A stretch of DNA of 64,000 nucleotides. Source: an uncultured Candidatus Saccharibacteria bacterium (lineage in GTDB: Bacteria; Patescibacteriota; Saccharimonadia; Saccharimonadales; JAGQNJ01). Both the position numbers and the translations under genes were made by a program. The stretch is from NCBI GenBank assembly GCA_964577565.1, contig CAZNZL010000001.1, forward strand, positions 334,566 to 398,565, given 5' to 3'. The notes below the pieces were generated by a model. It saw nothing but the letters and a program-made list of their open reading frames with translations. It was not told the DNA's origin and made no database searches. This document shows positions 15,660-25,785 of this stretch, piece after piece. The stretch's first letter is position 1; each line of letters starts with the position of its first letter.

Positions 15660-17249
15660 ATGTTCATGGTACTAGACGAAGAAATTGACCGTACTAAGTT
15701 ACGGTATGTGCTTTATGCTCGTAGGTCTACTACTGATGAAGGTAGTCAGGTTCGTTCTGTACCCGACCAAATCAAGTATTGCAAACGTCACGCCGAAATA
15801 GGGGGGCTAAACATAGTAGCTACGGTTAAGGAAAAAGGTTCAGCCAAGAAGCCAAATATAAAAATACGACCTAAATTTTACGAGTTACTTGATGAAATAG
15901 AGCACGGTGGTAAGTACGATGCTATTCTTTCGTATGCACCGGACAGACTCTCACGCAATATGCTGGACGGTGGTCGTATCATCAACCTACTGGATGAAGG
16001 AAAGATAAAAGACCTGCAATTTCCAACACATCACTTTACTAACGATCCATCTGGAAAACTCACGCTAGGTATCATGTTCTCTATATCTAAGCACTTTTCC
16101 GACGACCTATCTCAAAAGGTTCGTAGAGGGGTATCAGGAAACTGGGAAGAGGGTAAATCAGGGGGCCAACCTAAATGGGGCTATGACCGTGAACCAGATG
16201 GACGTTATCGTCCTAATGAGTGGTTTGATACTGTACAAGAAGCATGGTACATGAGAGCAAGAGGTGCAACAAACAAGATGGTGCTCGATTACTTGCTTGA
16301 GAAGGGCTACCACCGAATGACGAAAATCACGAGAAAGAATAAGAAAACAAAGAAGATACTGCCGACCGAAAAGAGTGTAGGAAATTTGTTCCGTGACCCA
16401 TTCTATTTCGGTATGCTTGAACAAACTCAACAAAATATAGACCTACGCACCGTACAATTAGACTTTGAGCCGATGATAGACGAGGAAATATATAACCAAG
16501 TCCAAGCTCTAGCTTATACTAGAAAGCGAGATATTGACCCCAAGAAAAGGACTGAATTCAAGCCCCTTAGACACTTAGTCTATTGTGGTGTTTGCAAGAG
16601 TGAAAAGTGTATGTCTGTAGGTAAGAATAAGCCAGGGGGTAGCAAACATCTTGTACTGTCATACGAGTGCAAAAACCCTGATTGTACTCGAAAACCTAAA
16701 TCCGTTAGAGCCAAGTTCATCTTTGACGGTATTTACGAGCTACTAGAGAAATTAGAGCTGTCAGACGAAGCGTACGAACGCTACAGCAAACGTATTGACA
16801 GCTTCACTGACGATAAGATTATCAAGATTAAACAAGAAATCTCTAGTAAGAGGGGTGCTTACGCACACAAGAAGAAAGAGCTTGATGAATTGTCGCTCGG
16901 ACTAGGCAAAATTAGCCGTAATTCGCCAGCTTATGTAATAAACGAGAGCAGGATTAACGAGCTGGCAATTGAAACTCAAGATTTAGAAGATGAGATAGAA
17001 AAGCGTAAAGCAAAAATTGCTAATCCGAGCAAAATAAAGCTGACCAAAGAGCAGTTCTTGAACCTCGTAAAATTAGCTCCTGACAAGATGAGAGCGGGTT
17101 CAGCAGTCGAAAAAGACCGTGTCGCACGGATATTATTCTTGAACCTAACCGTAGACAATGAAAAAAGGGTCTATCCTATCTGGAAAGAACCCTTTGCAAG
17201 CCTGGTAAAGGCCATTGAAATGTCGTCTGGTGCGGACGAAAGGACTTGA
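15660..17249 (+). CDS. large serine recombinase (integrase type)
   Basis: The N-terminal resolvase catalytic domain reads YVLYARRSTTDEGSQVRSVPDQ. A recombinase domain follows. Zinc ribbon CGVCKSEKC...YECKNPDC is followed by a C-terminal coiled-coil. Confidence 0.85.
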   Translation: MFMVLDEEIDRTKLRYVLYARRSTTDEGSQVRSVPDQIKYCKRHAEIGGLNIVATVKEKGSAKKPNIKIRPKFYELLDEIEHGGKYDAILSYAPDRLSRNMLDGGRIINLLDEGKIKDLQFPTHHFTNDPSGKLTLGIMFSISKHFSDDLSQKVRRGVSGNWEEGKSGGQPKWGYDREPDGRYRPNEWFDTVQEAWYMRARGATNKMVLDYLLEKGYHRMTKITRKNKKTKKILPTEKSVGNLFRDPFYFGMLEQTQQNIDLRTVQLDFEPMIDEEIYNQVQALAYTRKRDIDPKKRTEFKPLRHLVYCGVCKSEKCMSVGKNKPGGSKHLVLSYECKNPDCTRKPKSVRAKFIFDGIYELLEKLELSDEAYERYSKRIDSFTDDKIIKIKQEISSKRGAYAHKKKELDELSLGLGKISRNSPAYVINESRINELAIETQDLEDEIEKRKAKIANPSKIKLTKEQFLNLVKLAPDKMRAGSAVEKDRVARILFLNLTVDNEKRVYPIWKEPFASLVKAIEMSSGADERT

Positions 17250-17314
17250 ACCTTCACAGGATTGCTCCCACTGGCCCCTCAAGCCAGCGCGTCTACCAAT
17301 TCCGCCACGTCCGC
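17228..17314 (-). tRNA. tRNA-Leu (GAG)
   Basis: RC is gcggacgtggcggaattggtagacgcgctggcttGAGgggccagtgggagcaatcctgtgaaggttcaagtcctttcgtccgcacca. It has a long variable arm. Confidence 0.95.
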
Positions 17315-17368
17315 ATAGATAACGATAGGCAAATAGTATTTTATAATCTTTTTGTCACCCAAACAACT

Positions 17369-17653
17369 CTAGCGCCTACGGCGTTTGGAGCTTGATTTGC
17401 GTTGCTGGTATGAGGTTATACCCTTAAAAGCTACGATTGCCCATAATACATTTAATACCAAGACCACGTAGGTTTTAGTTAAGATATGGTACGTAATTAA
17501 AAACAAAGAACCAGCCAGATTATCTAGTTCATACCAAAAACTATTGGTCTTCCACTTACCAATGCTCGTACGGTAAAAACCAAACAATACCAAGGCGGCA
17601 CCTATCAAACCAATAAACTCTATATGGTCAAATTGATAATTATTAATGTTCAT
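17369..17653 (-). CDS. small membrane protein
   Basis: 94 aa with three hydrophobic spans and a basic tail KSSSKRRRR. Confidence 0.6.
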   Translation of the reverse strand: MNINNYQFDHIEFIGLIGAALVLFGFYRTSIGKWKTNSFWYELDNLAGSLFLITYHILTKTYVVLVLNVLWAIVAFKGITSYQQRKSSSKRRRR

Positions 17654-17656
17654 TAT

Positions 17657-19291
17657 TTAGGAGGTTGGTTGGTGATCATATAAATGATCCATGGAGTATT
17701 CGCTGCGCAAAAGGGGCTTTATATCATCAAGGGTTACATCCATTTTAACGCCAGGATTTAATGTACCGTACGGGTCAAAAATATGCTTAATTTTTCTGAA
17801 CAACTCATATACTTGCTCGCCATATAATTTTGGCAAGTATGGGGCACGTAAGCGACCATCACTGTGTTCGCCGCTGGTACTACCCCCAAGGCTAATTACC
17901 AAATTATAATATTCATCAATTATCTTAAATACCTTTTGACGATCGCCAACTTGGCTTAAATCCAAAAATGGCTGCATGTGTATATTAGCATTACCAGCAT
18001 GCCCCCAAATAGCGATCTTTAACTTATACTTGTCAAATATCTTGTAAACTCCCTTGATGTACTGAGAGAACTGATTGAGAGGCACAATGCCATCTTCAAC
18101 AATAGGCAAAGCTTTCTTATTGCCTTCGGTATACGAAATTGCTGCAGCTGCCGAACGACGTATTTGCCATAATCGTTGCTTTGCTTCTTCTTCGGTTTCG
18201 ACCTGGTATTCAACACCAAACTTATCGAGGATCTTCAGAGCACGTTTCGTTAATTTTTTACGGGTTCTTTGATTAACGTTGTCGAACTCAACCAAAACAA
18301 TTAACTTATGGAACGGCTTATCAACAATACCCTTCAAAAGATTTGGATTGTGCTCATCCAAAAACGTTAAGAGGTTCTCGTCTACCATTTCTAGAGCACT
18401 TGGTATCTCAGGAAGATTACGAAGACTTTGGACGACCTTTTCTGCCCTTTCTAAATCTCCAAAATAAGCGCCTATTAGCGTGGTGTTTGGATTATACACC
18501 TCTGTGCCAAACGTAGCTTCAGTTACAACACCTAATGTACCTTGTGAGCCCACAAGCAAGGGGGTTAGGTCAAAACTATTCTTTTGCTTTACATCACTTA
18601 TGTCATAGCCAGCCGAGTTTTTTGTAACCGCTAAACTGATACCGTCTATTAAAGATTTGTTTTCGTCGATTAATTTATCAAGATTACGGTAAATTTCGCC
18701 CTCAAAACTAGACTGGCCCATCTTTTTACTGAGCTCGCGCTTGCTTAAACGTCTAGTTTCGATTACTTCGCCATTGGCAAGCACAACACGCAATCCTCGA
18801 ACATACTCTCGCGTGGCTCCATATTTAATTGTCTTTTCTCCGGCTGCATTATTAGCAACCGCGCCACCCAGTGTCGAAAATTCAATCGATGAGGGATAAG
18901 GTGGTAAAAAGCGACCGTGTGTGTAAAGTGTCTGCTGTAATTTTCCATATATAAGACCCGGCTCAACCACTACATTACCGGTCTTTCCGTCAAGTTCGAT
19001 AATGCGGTTCATGTGTGCTGGAAACGAAAGAATAATGCCTGAACCAAGTGCTGCCCCTGCCTGGTCACTACCGGTGCCTCGGGCAGTAATAGGGATAACC
19101 CTGCCCCTCTCAGCGAGTTGCCAGGTGAAGCGGGTAACCTTACGAACATCGTTCTCGTTCTTTGGATACACCACAATTGAGGGTGTAACCGTAAACACGC
19201 TACCATCAGTCGAGAAGTATTTGCGAGCGTCACTTGACGTTAAGACTTCTCCAAGCAAATGATCCTGCAGGTAGTGTGCAACCTTATTCAT
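17657..19291 (-). CDS. FAD-binding oxidoreductase (GlcD / D-lactate dehydrogenase family)
   Basis: FAD_binding_4-type N-terminus (VVYPKNENDVRKV...ARGTGSDQAGAALG) and C-terminus HAGNANIHMQP...GGSTSGEHSDGRLR. Confidence 0.8.
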   Translation of the reverse strand: MNKVAHYLQDHLLGEVLTSSDARKYFSTDGSVFTVTPSIVVYPKNENDVRKVTRFTWQLAERGRVIPITARGTGSDQAGAALGSGIILSFPAHMNRIIELDGKTGNVVVEPGLIYGKLQQTLYTHGRFLPPYPSSIEFSTLGGAVANNAAGEKTIKYGATREYVRGLRVVLANGEVIETRRLSKRELSKKMGQSSFEGEIYRNLDKLIDENKSLIDGISLAVTKNSAGYDISDVKQKNSFDLTPLLVGSQGTLGVVTEATFGTEVYNPNTTLIGAYFGDLERAEKVVQSLRNLPEIPSALEMVDENLLTFLDEHNPNLLKGIVDKPFHKLIVLVEFDNVNQRTRKKLTKRALKILDKFGVEYQVETEEEAKQRLWQIRRSAAAAISYTEGNKKALPIVEDGIVPLNQFSQYIKGVYKIFDKYKLKIAIWGHAGNANIHMQPFLDLSQVGDRQKVFKIIDEYYNLVISLGGSTSGEHSDGRLRAPYLPKLYGEQVYELFRKIKHIFDPYGTLNPGVKMDVTLDDIKPLLRSEYSMDHLYDHQPTS

Positions 19292-19374
19292 AAATTCCAA
19301 GCACCCATCATAAGTTTCTTATCACCATAATACCATAACCGCATTGCTGTCATGAAACTATTTCACGTAGTTTC

Positions 19375-19461
19375 TGGTGCCGTAGAGAGGACTCGAACCT
19401 CCACGCCCAAACGGGCACTAGTACCTGAAACTAGCGCGTCTACCAATTCCGCCACCACGGC
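19375..19461 (-). tRNA. tRNA-Leu (CAG)
   Basis: RC is gccgtggtggcggaattggtagacgcgctagtttCAGgtactagtgcccgtttgggcgtggaggttcgagtcctctctacggcacca. Confidence 0.95.
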
Positions 19462-19490
19462 ACATACATATTTTTTCACACAACCAGCTT

Positions 19491-21275
19491 TTACTCTATA
19501 GTGACGCGCTCAGTACGAATACGCCAGTTTTGCACATTCGCATAACGGTCTGTCACGTTGTTGATGACTTTTGAATTAAAGCCATACAACGTGCCACGGG
19601 TTACGTACAAAAAGCGAGGTTGATACAAACCAATTGCTGGCGCCTCCTCACGCCAAGCTGCCTGAAATGGTTTGTATTTTGGCGCCCGAATCGCATCATC
19701 GCTTCTTGTTCGGCCACCTTCAAGCGCACTATCTGCCGTACTCGATTTAAACTCAGAGAAGTTAAGCCGGCTCGAGGCGCGCAAATCGGCTTGTGAGCTA
19801 TGCCAGTAGGCAAAAACATCTGGATCGGAGCCTACCGTTATACCATACAACAACGCATCATAGCCGTGTAATGCTAAGGTATTCTGTAAATCGGTGTCTT
19901 CTTGCAGAATGACATCAACTTTTACCCCTAGCTCGCGCCATTGGCGCTGCAATATTTGCGTAACATAAGCGTACTCACCGCTATTCTGTGAATATAATTG
20001 CACTGTCAAAGGCGTGTTATTCTTTGTACGAACGCCTTCGGCGTTTTTTGCCCACCCGTTTTGATCAAGCAGTGCATTGGCTTCTTCAAAATTATACGCA
20101 AATTGCGTTGTATCAGCTGCGTAACCCAAGTGCGATTTAAGCAACGGGCCATTAACCGGTATCACTCCATAGCCTAAACCGCGAATAACCTCGGTGCGAT
20201 TAGTGCCTTTCGTGAGCGCCTGGCGCACAATTTTATCTTTTAAAATCTCACTGCTGGACTTAAAGAACACCATAACTTGAGCATTCATTGCAAGTTCATA
20301 CTGCGAAATACTTGGGTCAAGCTTTACCGTATTAGGTATTTTGTCTAAACCCACCATGGCATCAATTTCTTGGTTGTTAAACTGTTGTATTAAACGATCT
20401 CGCGTGTGTATGCCCTTAATAATAATTCGGTCAAGCTCTGGCCTGCCCGCATGGTACGACGCATTAGCACTAAGACCAATTTGCTCCTCGCGGGTCTCGG
20501 GCGTTTGGCCGCTAATCTGAATACTATCCCACTTGAACGGCCCCGTACCAATTGGCGAGGTGGTGTTAAAAAATGCGGTCCTCAACTGGGAAGGGGCCGT
20601 GGTATCAAGCAAATGCTTTGGGACTAAACCAGTTGTTAGAAGTGTCGGGAACGAGCTGAGTGGATGTGGCAGTGTAAACTTAACAGTTTTTTCATCTACT
20701 TTTTCCATTTTTATTGATACCCAGTTAGCTCGCAATGATGATTTAGCATCAGGATTTTGAATGAGCTGATACGTAAAAATTACATCGTCAGCCGTTACGC
20801 GATTACCGTCATGCCATTTTAGATCGTCTTTTAAAACCAGGGTATACTCAAGGCTGCGGTCATCTGTTGTCAGGTCTTGCGCCAAGTCACCAATCAATTT
20901 ATTTTGGGCATTGTACTTCATTGGAGCTGCAAATATTAATTTTGAAACCGAGCTATCAACCGGGCCGCTAGCATAAAGCGGGTTGGCGGTCGTAAAGGTT
21001 CCGAGGATACCCTCGGTATAGATACCACCGCTGGCTGGTTGCACCGTTTGGTAATACGGTGATAACGCTCGTACTTGCAAGATTACCCCTAAACCAAGTA
21101 ATAAAATTAACGAGACCCAACTAAAGACAAAACGCCGGACACTCCCCAGACGCCCCAGCCGTTTAAAAAAATGCTGCTCAAGGCCCTGTTCTGCCTGAAC
21201 AGAGAGGTTTTCAACCTGAAACCGACCCCGTCGTAGGCGTCGTCGCCAGCGTAGTTTTGTGGTTCGATTTATCAT
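19491..21275 (-). CDS. ABC transporter substrate-binding protein (family 5, peptide/nickel type) with N-terminal anchor
   Basis: 594 aa. TM anchor, then typical SBP_bac_5 features (KWHDGNRVTADDVIFTY..., GTGPFKW). Confidence 0.8.
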   Translation of the reverse strand: MINRTTKLRWRRRLRRGRFQVENLSVQAEQGLEQHFFKRLGRLGSVRRFVFSWVSLILLLGLGVILQVRALSPYYQTVQPASGGIYTEGILGTFTTANPLYASGPVDSSVSKLIFAAPMKYNAQNKLIGDLAQDLTTDDRSLEYTLVLKDDLKWHDGNRVTADDVIFTYQLIQNPDAKSSLRANWVSIKMEKVDEKTVKFTLPHPLSSFPTLLTTGLVPKHLLDTTAPSQLRTAFFNTTSPIGTGPFKWDSIQISGQTPETREEQIGLSANASYHAGRPELDRIIIKGIHTRDRLIQQFNNQEIDAMVGLDKIPNTVKLDPSISQYELAMNAQVMVFFKSSSEILKDKIVRQALTKGTNRTEVIRGLGYGVIPVNGPLLKSHLGYAADTTQFAYNFEEANALLDQNGWAKNAEGVRTKNNTPLTVQLYSQNSGEYAYVTQILQRQWRELGVKVDVILQEDTDLQNTLALHGYDALLYGITVGSDPDVFAYWHSSQADLRASSRLNFSEFKSSTADSALEGGRTRSDDAIRAPKYKPFQAAWREEAPAIGLYQPRFLYVTRGTLYGFNSKVINNVTDRYANVQNWRIRTERVTIE

Positions 21276-21278
21276 ATG

Positions 21279-21491
21279 CTACGCAACAATGCCGGCAATG
21301 ATCGATGCCGCAAAGACGAAAGCAAGAATAATTGTAATCTGAAAAATAGTCTTGTCAGACCCCCGACGAACAGTATTAACCTCTGCGCCACCACCAAAAC
21401 CTGCACCCAGTGATGCTCCTCGTGTTTGTATTAAAATCAAGATTGTCATTAAAATTGCTGCGCTAATTGTCACATAATTGTAAATAGTCAT
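21279..21491 (-). CDS. secG: preprotein translocase subunit SecG
   Basis: MTIYNYVTISAAILMTILILIQTRGASLGAGFGGGAE...: two TM segments and the Q..G..GAG.GG loop typical of SecG. Confidence 0.75.
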   Translation of the reverse strand: MTIYNYVTISAAILMTILILIQTRGASLGAGFGGGAEVNTVRRGSDKTIFQITIILAFVFAASIIAGIVA

Positions 21492-21850
21492 CGTTCCTCC
21501 ACAATAGCAGTTACTAGGTAGTTTACCAAGCCTATTATCATACCTGCAAGCATAGCTGCCCAAAAGTTTGCTACCTCTAATGAGCCGTACAGCTTGCTAA
21601 CCAAAATCACCATAAAACCATTTATGACAATCATAAACAAACCAAGCGTAAATAATAGTGCCGGAAGCGACAAAATGACAACTATTGGTTTAATAATCAT
21701 GTTTATCAGCGCCAGGACTAACCCGGCTATAACGACAACGCTAATTTTGTTTTGGTACGAGATGCGATCTCCGAGCAGCCCCGCTGAGATCCATAAGCCG
21801 AGGCTACAAACGCCCCATCGAATTAAAAAACGAGCCAAAGGATTGTTCAT
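21488..21850 (-). CDS. phage-holin-4_2 / DUF360 family membrane protein
   Basis: 120 aa, 4 TM. LALINMIIKPIVVILSLPALLFTLGLF is the typical motif. Confidence 0.7.
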   Translation of the reverse strand: MNNPLARFLIRWGVCSLGLWISAGLLGDRISYQNKISVVVIAGLVLALINMIIKPIVVILSLPALLFTLGLFMIVINGFMVILVSKLYGSLEVANFWAAMLAGMIIGLVNYLVTAIVEER

Positions 21851-21878
21851 TGTTATGCTTTATTTTATGCCAGCTACC

Positions 21879-23096
21879 TTATGAAGGCAATAGACGTGAC
21901 AAGTTTTTATACCCATTGTTGGTAACCAGAATGTCATCTTCAATGCGCACGCCAATGCCCTTTTGTGGCAGATAAATACCTGGTTCAACGGTAATAACCA
22001 TGTTTTCAGCCAATGGTTGATCGTAATCGGCTGCATCATGCACATCTAGCCCCAAATGGTGCGAAATAGCATGGGGATAATATTTACGCACCTGCGTCGG
22101 CTCATTGTTAGTAATAATTTTTTGGCTTTTTAAGTACTTGCCTATAAAACGAGCTACTTTGCTGTCAATGTTACGAATATCGGCACCGGGTTTAATCAGG
22201 CTGAGGGCGTAGCTATGAGCCTCTTTTACTGCCTCATAAATCGACGCCTGTTCTGCGCTCATCTTGTTGGCCGAGTAAACACGTGTGATATCAGCGGCAT
22301 AATGATTCATCTCGATGCCAGCATCAACTAATAATAGTTCACCGCTATTAAGTGGCTGGTTATTGGCATTGTAGTGTAGCGTGCAAGCGCGTTTTCCGCC
22401 AGCAACAATAGCGGCATAGGCTGGCTGACCGCCATGTTTTAAGAACTGCTGGTTTAACGCCATAGCTATGGTTGCTTCGCTAGTATAGTTTTTTGACCAT
22501 GAAGAGGTAAAGATGTGCTTAAAGGCCTCTGCGGTTGCATTAACGGAATCTTGAATGGCTTTAATTTCAGCCGGATATTTTACCATCCGCATGCGTGCTA
22601 AGTCCCGACGTATATCATTGACTTCGAGTTTTGTATCTAGTTTCTTTAGTCGGCTCATAAGCCGTGGTTTGCTTGGGTTAAGGTATAAGCCGTGACGACT
22701 ATCAAACCCCTTGTAGGGCGCAGCGTTGAGACGCTTGTGTTTTTTAACGAGTAGCGTGAGCTGCTCCCAACCGTCATGATGATCATAAACCTCAGCAATA
22801 CCTGACGCACGTGTGATGGCCTGCTTATCAAAAGCGCCGTCAAAATAACTCATCACGGCATCTCGTTCAGGTAAGATTATGTAATCTTTTTCTTCTGTCA
22901 TTACCAGCACCGCATCGGCCAGTTCACCTAAACCGGTTAAATACCAAAAGTTGCTATCTTGTCTAAATGGATAGGACGTGTCACCAGAACGCTGCACCAA
23001 GCCATTAGCAGCCACTACAATCGGTGCGTTATTTTGTAGCCGTTTTCTTAACTCGGTTCTGTTATTGACAAAAAACTCGGTACTAAATTCTTTCAC
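21879..23096 (-). CDS. Xaa-Pro aminopeptidase (M24B)
   Basis: Creatinase-like N-domain followed by LLLVDAG...HYAADITR...HAISHHLGLDVHD...ITVEPGIY...GVRIEDD metal ligands. Confidence 0.85.
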   Translation of the reverse strand: MKEFSTEFFVNNRTELRKRLQNNAPIVVAANGLVQRSGDTSYPFRQDSNFWYLTGLGELADAVLVMTEEKDYIILPERDAVMSYFDGAFDKQAITRASGIAEVYDHHDGWEQLTLLVKKHKRLNAAPYKGFDSRHGLYLNPSKPRLMSRLKKLDTKLEVNDIRRDLARMRMVKYPAEIKAIQDSVNATAEAFKHIFTSSWSKNYTSEATIAMALNQQFLKHGGQPAYAAIVAGGKRACTLHYNANNQPLNSGELLLVDAGIEMNHYAADITRVYSANKMSAEQASIYEAVKEAHSYALSLIKPGADIRNIDSKVARFIGKYLKSQKIITNNEPTQVRKYYPHAISHHLGLDVHDAADYDQPLAENMVITVEPGIYLPQKGIGVRIEDDILVTNNGYKNLSRLLPS

Positions 23097-23123
23097 GTAA
23101 TTTGTAGTATATCGTTTTTACGA

Positions 23124-24677
23124 CTATTTTTTGTAATATTTATGCTCGGCTCGTATATATTGCCTGAGCACCGTTGCCTTTTTTTCACCTAAAAGCTGAT
23201 CAAGTTCTTGTTGGCGAGCCTGCATAACCCCGCGCACTGAACCAAACGTTTTCAGCAACATTTTTTTTGTAACTGGCCCGATACCCGGCACTTCATCCAA
23301 CATACTGCTTGTTTGGCGGTTAACTTTTAATACACTATGATAACTGACCGCAAAACGATGCGACTCGTCTCGAATACGCTGTAATAACTTAATAATATTT
23401 GAGTTATTGGGCAAATCAACGGCCGTAAAATCGTCACTTTGGCGGCTAAAGCCCCGCAGCTTCATAATTACTTCGGAGTTGAGATTAGTCTGCGGCCAAT
23501 CGTTACGCACAATAATTTCTTCGTGTTTTTTTGCCAGACCGATGGCGGGCACCGTAAGATTCTTTTCACGCAAAACACTGAGAGCCGCTTCAAGCTGCCC
23601 CTTGCCGCCGTCTATCAACAATAAATCAGGCACACCCCACTGTTTAACATTTTTTTCACTAAAACGTCTGGTGAGTGTCTCGCGCATATGCGCAAAATCG
23701 TCATTGCCCGGAATGCGCGACTTAAATTTACGATAATTACCTTTATCAGATACGCCGTTGGTAAATACCACCATGCTCGCCACCGTATCGGTGCCTGACA
23801 TGTGGCTAATATCAAACCCCTCAATGCGCCGTGGGGGTTTAGGCAGCCCTAATAACGTTGTAAGCTCAACAAGGGCGTGGTCTTTCGATATATCTTGAAA
23901 TTCTTTATCAGAAAATATAACCTGGTGACCTAAGTTTTTGAGCGAGAATAGCTGATTACGCGTTGCAGCGGCGGCCTCAAAATCTTTACGAGCTGATTGC
24001 AGCTTCATGTCTTTCTCGAGTTCGGCAATTAAACTTTTACGCTGACCTTTTAAAACGCGCACTAGCTTTTTTAGGTTAGCTTTATAGGCTTTTTCATCAA
24101 GCTCACCCGTTTCGGGGCCAGGGCACAATCCTAAGTGATACTGCAAGCAAGCCCGTTTTGGCAGCTGTGTGTGGGTAGAGTACGGAAACGCCCACCGCAA
24201 ATATTTAAGAGCTTTTTTTAGAGCAAAAGCGCTCAGGAACGGGCCGTAGTAATCGGCTCCATCGTCTAGCGGACGGCGCGTAAAAGTCAGGCTGGGGTAC
24301 GTATCTTTAAAATTAATGCGGACGTAGGCCATGGCTTTATCGTCACGCAGCAAAATATTATAACGCGGCATGTACCGCCGGATCAGCTCGGCCTCTAAAA
24401 ATAAGGCTTCAACCTCAGAATCAACTACTTGCCAGTCGGTATCATCAATTTCAGCAACTAATAGCTCGGTTTTGGGGTCTCGATTACGGCTCGCTTGAAA
24501 GTACTGCCGAACGCGATTACGCAAAATTGCCGCCTTGCCAACATAAATAATTTCACCTTTAGCGTCTTTATGAAAATAAACACCAGGGCTCTTAGGTAGC
24601 TTCTTTAACTTCTTTTCTAAACGATGGTTCACACTTGTAATTATAGCGTATATATTGTGAATGCTACTACGATACAA
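23124..24677 (-). CDS. uvrC: excinuclease ABC subunit C
   Basis: GIY-YIG domain PGVYFHKDAKGEIIYVGKA..LRNRVRQYF, UvrBC domain, and C-terminal (HhH)2. The start is ambiguous (TTG 24677 or GTG 24632). Confidence 0.85.
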   Translation of the reverse strand: MYRSSIHNIYAIITSVNHRLEKKLKKLPKSPGVYFHKDAKGEIIYVGKAAILRNRVRQYFQASRNRDPKTELLVAEIDDTDWQVVDSEVEALFLEAELIRRYMPRYNILLRDDKAMAYVRINFKDTYPSLTFTRRPLDDGADYYGPFLSAFALKKALKYLRWAFPYSTHTQLPKRACLQYHLGLCPGPETGELDEKAYKANLKKLVRVLKGQRKSLIAELEKDMKLQSARKDFEAAAATRNQLFSLKNLGHQVIFSDKEFQDISKDHALVELTTLLGLPKPPRRIEGFDISHMSGTDTVASMVVFTNGVSDKGNYRKFKSRIPGNDDFAHMRETLTRRFSEKNVKQWGVPDLLLIDGGKGQLEAALSVLREKNLTVPAIGLAKKHEEIIVRNDWPQTNLNSEVIMKLRGFSRQSDDFTAVDLPNNSNIIKLLQRIRDESHRFAVSYHSVLKVNRQTSSMLDEVPGIGPVTKKMLLKTFGSVRGVMQARQQELDQLLGEKKATVLRQYIRAEHKYYKK

Positions 24678-25554
24678 GGGTTGATTTTGACGCTATACAG
24701 TCGCTGCAGCGCGTTTTTTTATCGCACGCCTTACAGACAAGCACCAGACGGTTACAAGCCACATTACTGCAATTTATATAACGGCTGGTGTTGCTACCAC
24801 AGTGAACACATTCACCTATATCTTTTGCTTTGTCGCTAAAACTGTGTACCATACGGTCGTCAAAGATGTGTAACTTACCCTCCCAGTAGCCATCATCGCC
24901 GTATTTTTCACCGTACTTTACAATACCGCCATCTAACTGGTAGACCTCTTTAAAACCGCGTTTTTTCATGAGGGTACTTAAAATCTCGCAGCGCACACCG
25001 CCGGTACAGTAGGTCACGACCGGTTTGTCTTTGATGTCGTTATATTTAGGACTTTCGATCTCTTTAATAAAGTCGCGTGTGGTTTTGGTGTTTGGCACCA
25101 CTGCATTTTTAAATTTGCCAATGTTCGCCTCATAGGCGTTGCGGCCATCAAAAAAAACCACGTCTTCGCCACGCTCTTTCAAGAGAGCGTGTAGTTTGTC
25201 AGGCTTCAGGTGCTGGCCGCCGTTGACAACACCCGTCTCGCTGACGTTTACTTCTTCTGGCACGCCAAAGGCAACAAGCTCCGGCCGAACCTTAACGCTC
25301 AAGCGAGGAAATTCCTTACCCGTACCGTCGCTCCACTTGTACATAATGCCTTTAAAAATAACCGATCGGTTCATCTCGCGCTTGTATTCGCGGAGGTGTT
25401 CAATATGGCCACCCAAGGTACCGTTAATGCCATGCTCACTCACAATAATACGGCCTTTTAAACCTAGCCGGTTACAAAGCTCTTTCTGCCAACGCACCGT
25501 CATAGTAGGATCGGGCACCGGCACAAATTTGTAGTAAAGAATAACTTTATTCAC
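24667..25554 (-). CDS. trhO: rhodanese-related sulfurtransferase, TrhO/YceA (UPF0176) family
   Basis: MNKVILYYKFVPVPDP..., rhodanese active loop YCTGGVRCE, and a C-terminal Cys cluster. Confidence 0.8.
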   Translation of the reverse strand: MNKVILYYKFVPVPDPTMTVRWQKELCNRLGLKGRIIVSEHGINGTLGGHIEHLREYKREMNRSVIFKGIMYKWSDGTGKEFPRLSVKVRPELVAFGVPEEVNVSETGVVNGGQHLKPDKLHALLKERGEDVVFFDGRNAYEANIGKFKNAVVPNTKTTRDFIKEIESPKYNDIKDKPVVTYCTGGVRCEILSTLMKKRGFKEVYQLDGGIVKYGEKYGDDGYWEGKLHIFDDRMVHSFSDKAKDIGECVHCGSNTSRYINCSNVACNRLVLVCKACDKKTRCSDCIASKSTLVS

Positions 25555-25658
25555 GACCTATTATTCTATAATAAATTTACACTCTTGTCATCACCGTTTG
25601 GCTTATGGTATAGTTGACAATCATTTATAAACGTAAAGGAAAGGCGACCACAACAACC

Positions 25659-25715
25659 ATGATTACAACCGTAGTTTTTGCTTTCTCTTCGGTCGCCTGC
25701 GGCGATCTAAGCTAA
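25659..25715 (+). CDS. candidate 18-aa hydrophobic leader peptide upstream of the ABC exporter
   Basis: ATG..TAA encodes MITTVVFAFSSVACGDLS and is enclosed by an 8-bp stem, aggcgacc (25642-49) / ggtcgcct (25691-98). It is too short for the ORF track. Confidence 0.25.
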   Translation: MITTVVFAFSSVACGDLS

Positions 25716-25785
25716 AACGCACTTGTTCGTTGTTAACCAAAACATCTCAAATATAAATTAACCTAACGTGCAGCAGGAGGCTGCC

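Larger units (their letters stand above)
14978..17249 (+). mobile_element. integration module: HTH gene plus large serine recombinase abutting tRNA-Leu(GAG); full element boundaries unknown
   Basis: The recombinase stop lies 22 nt inside the tRNA 3' end. Only one junction could be identified. Confidence 0.45.
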
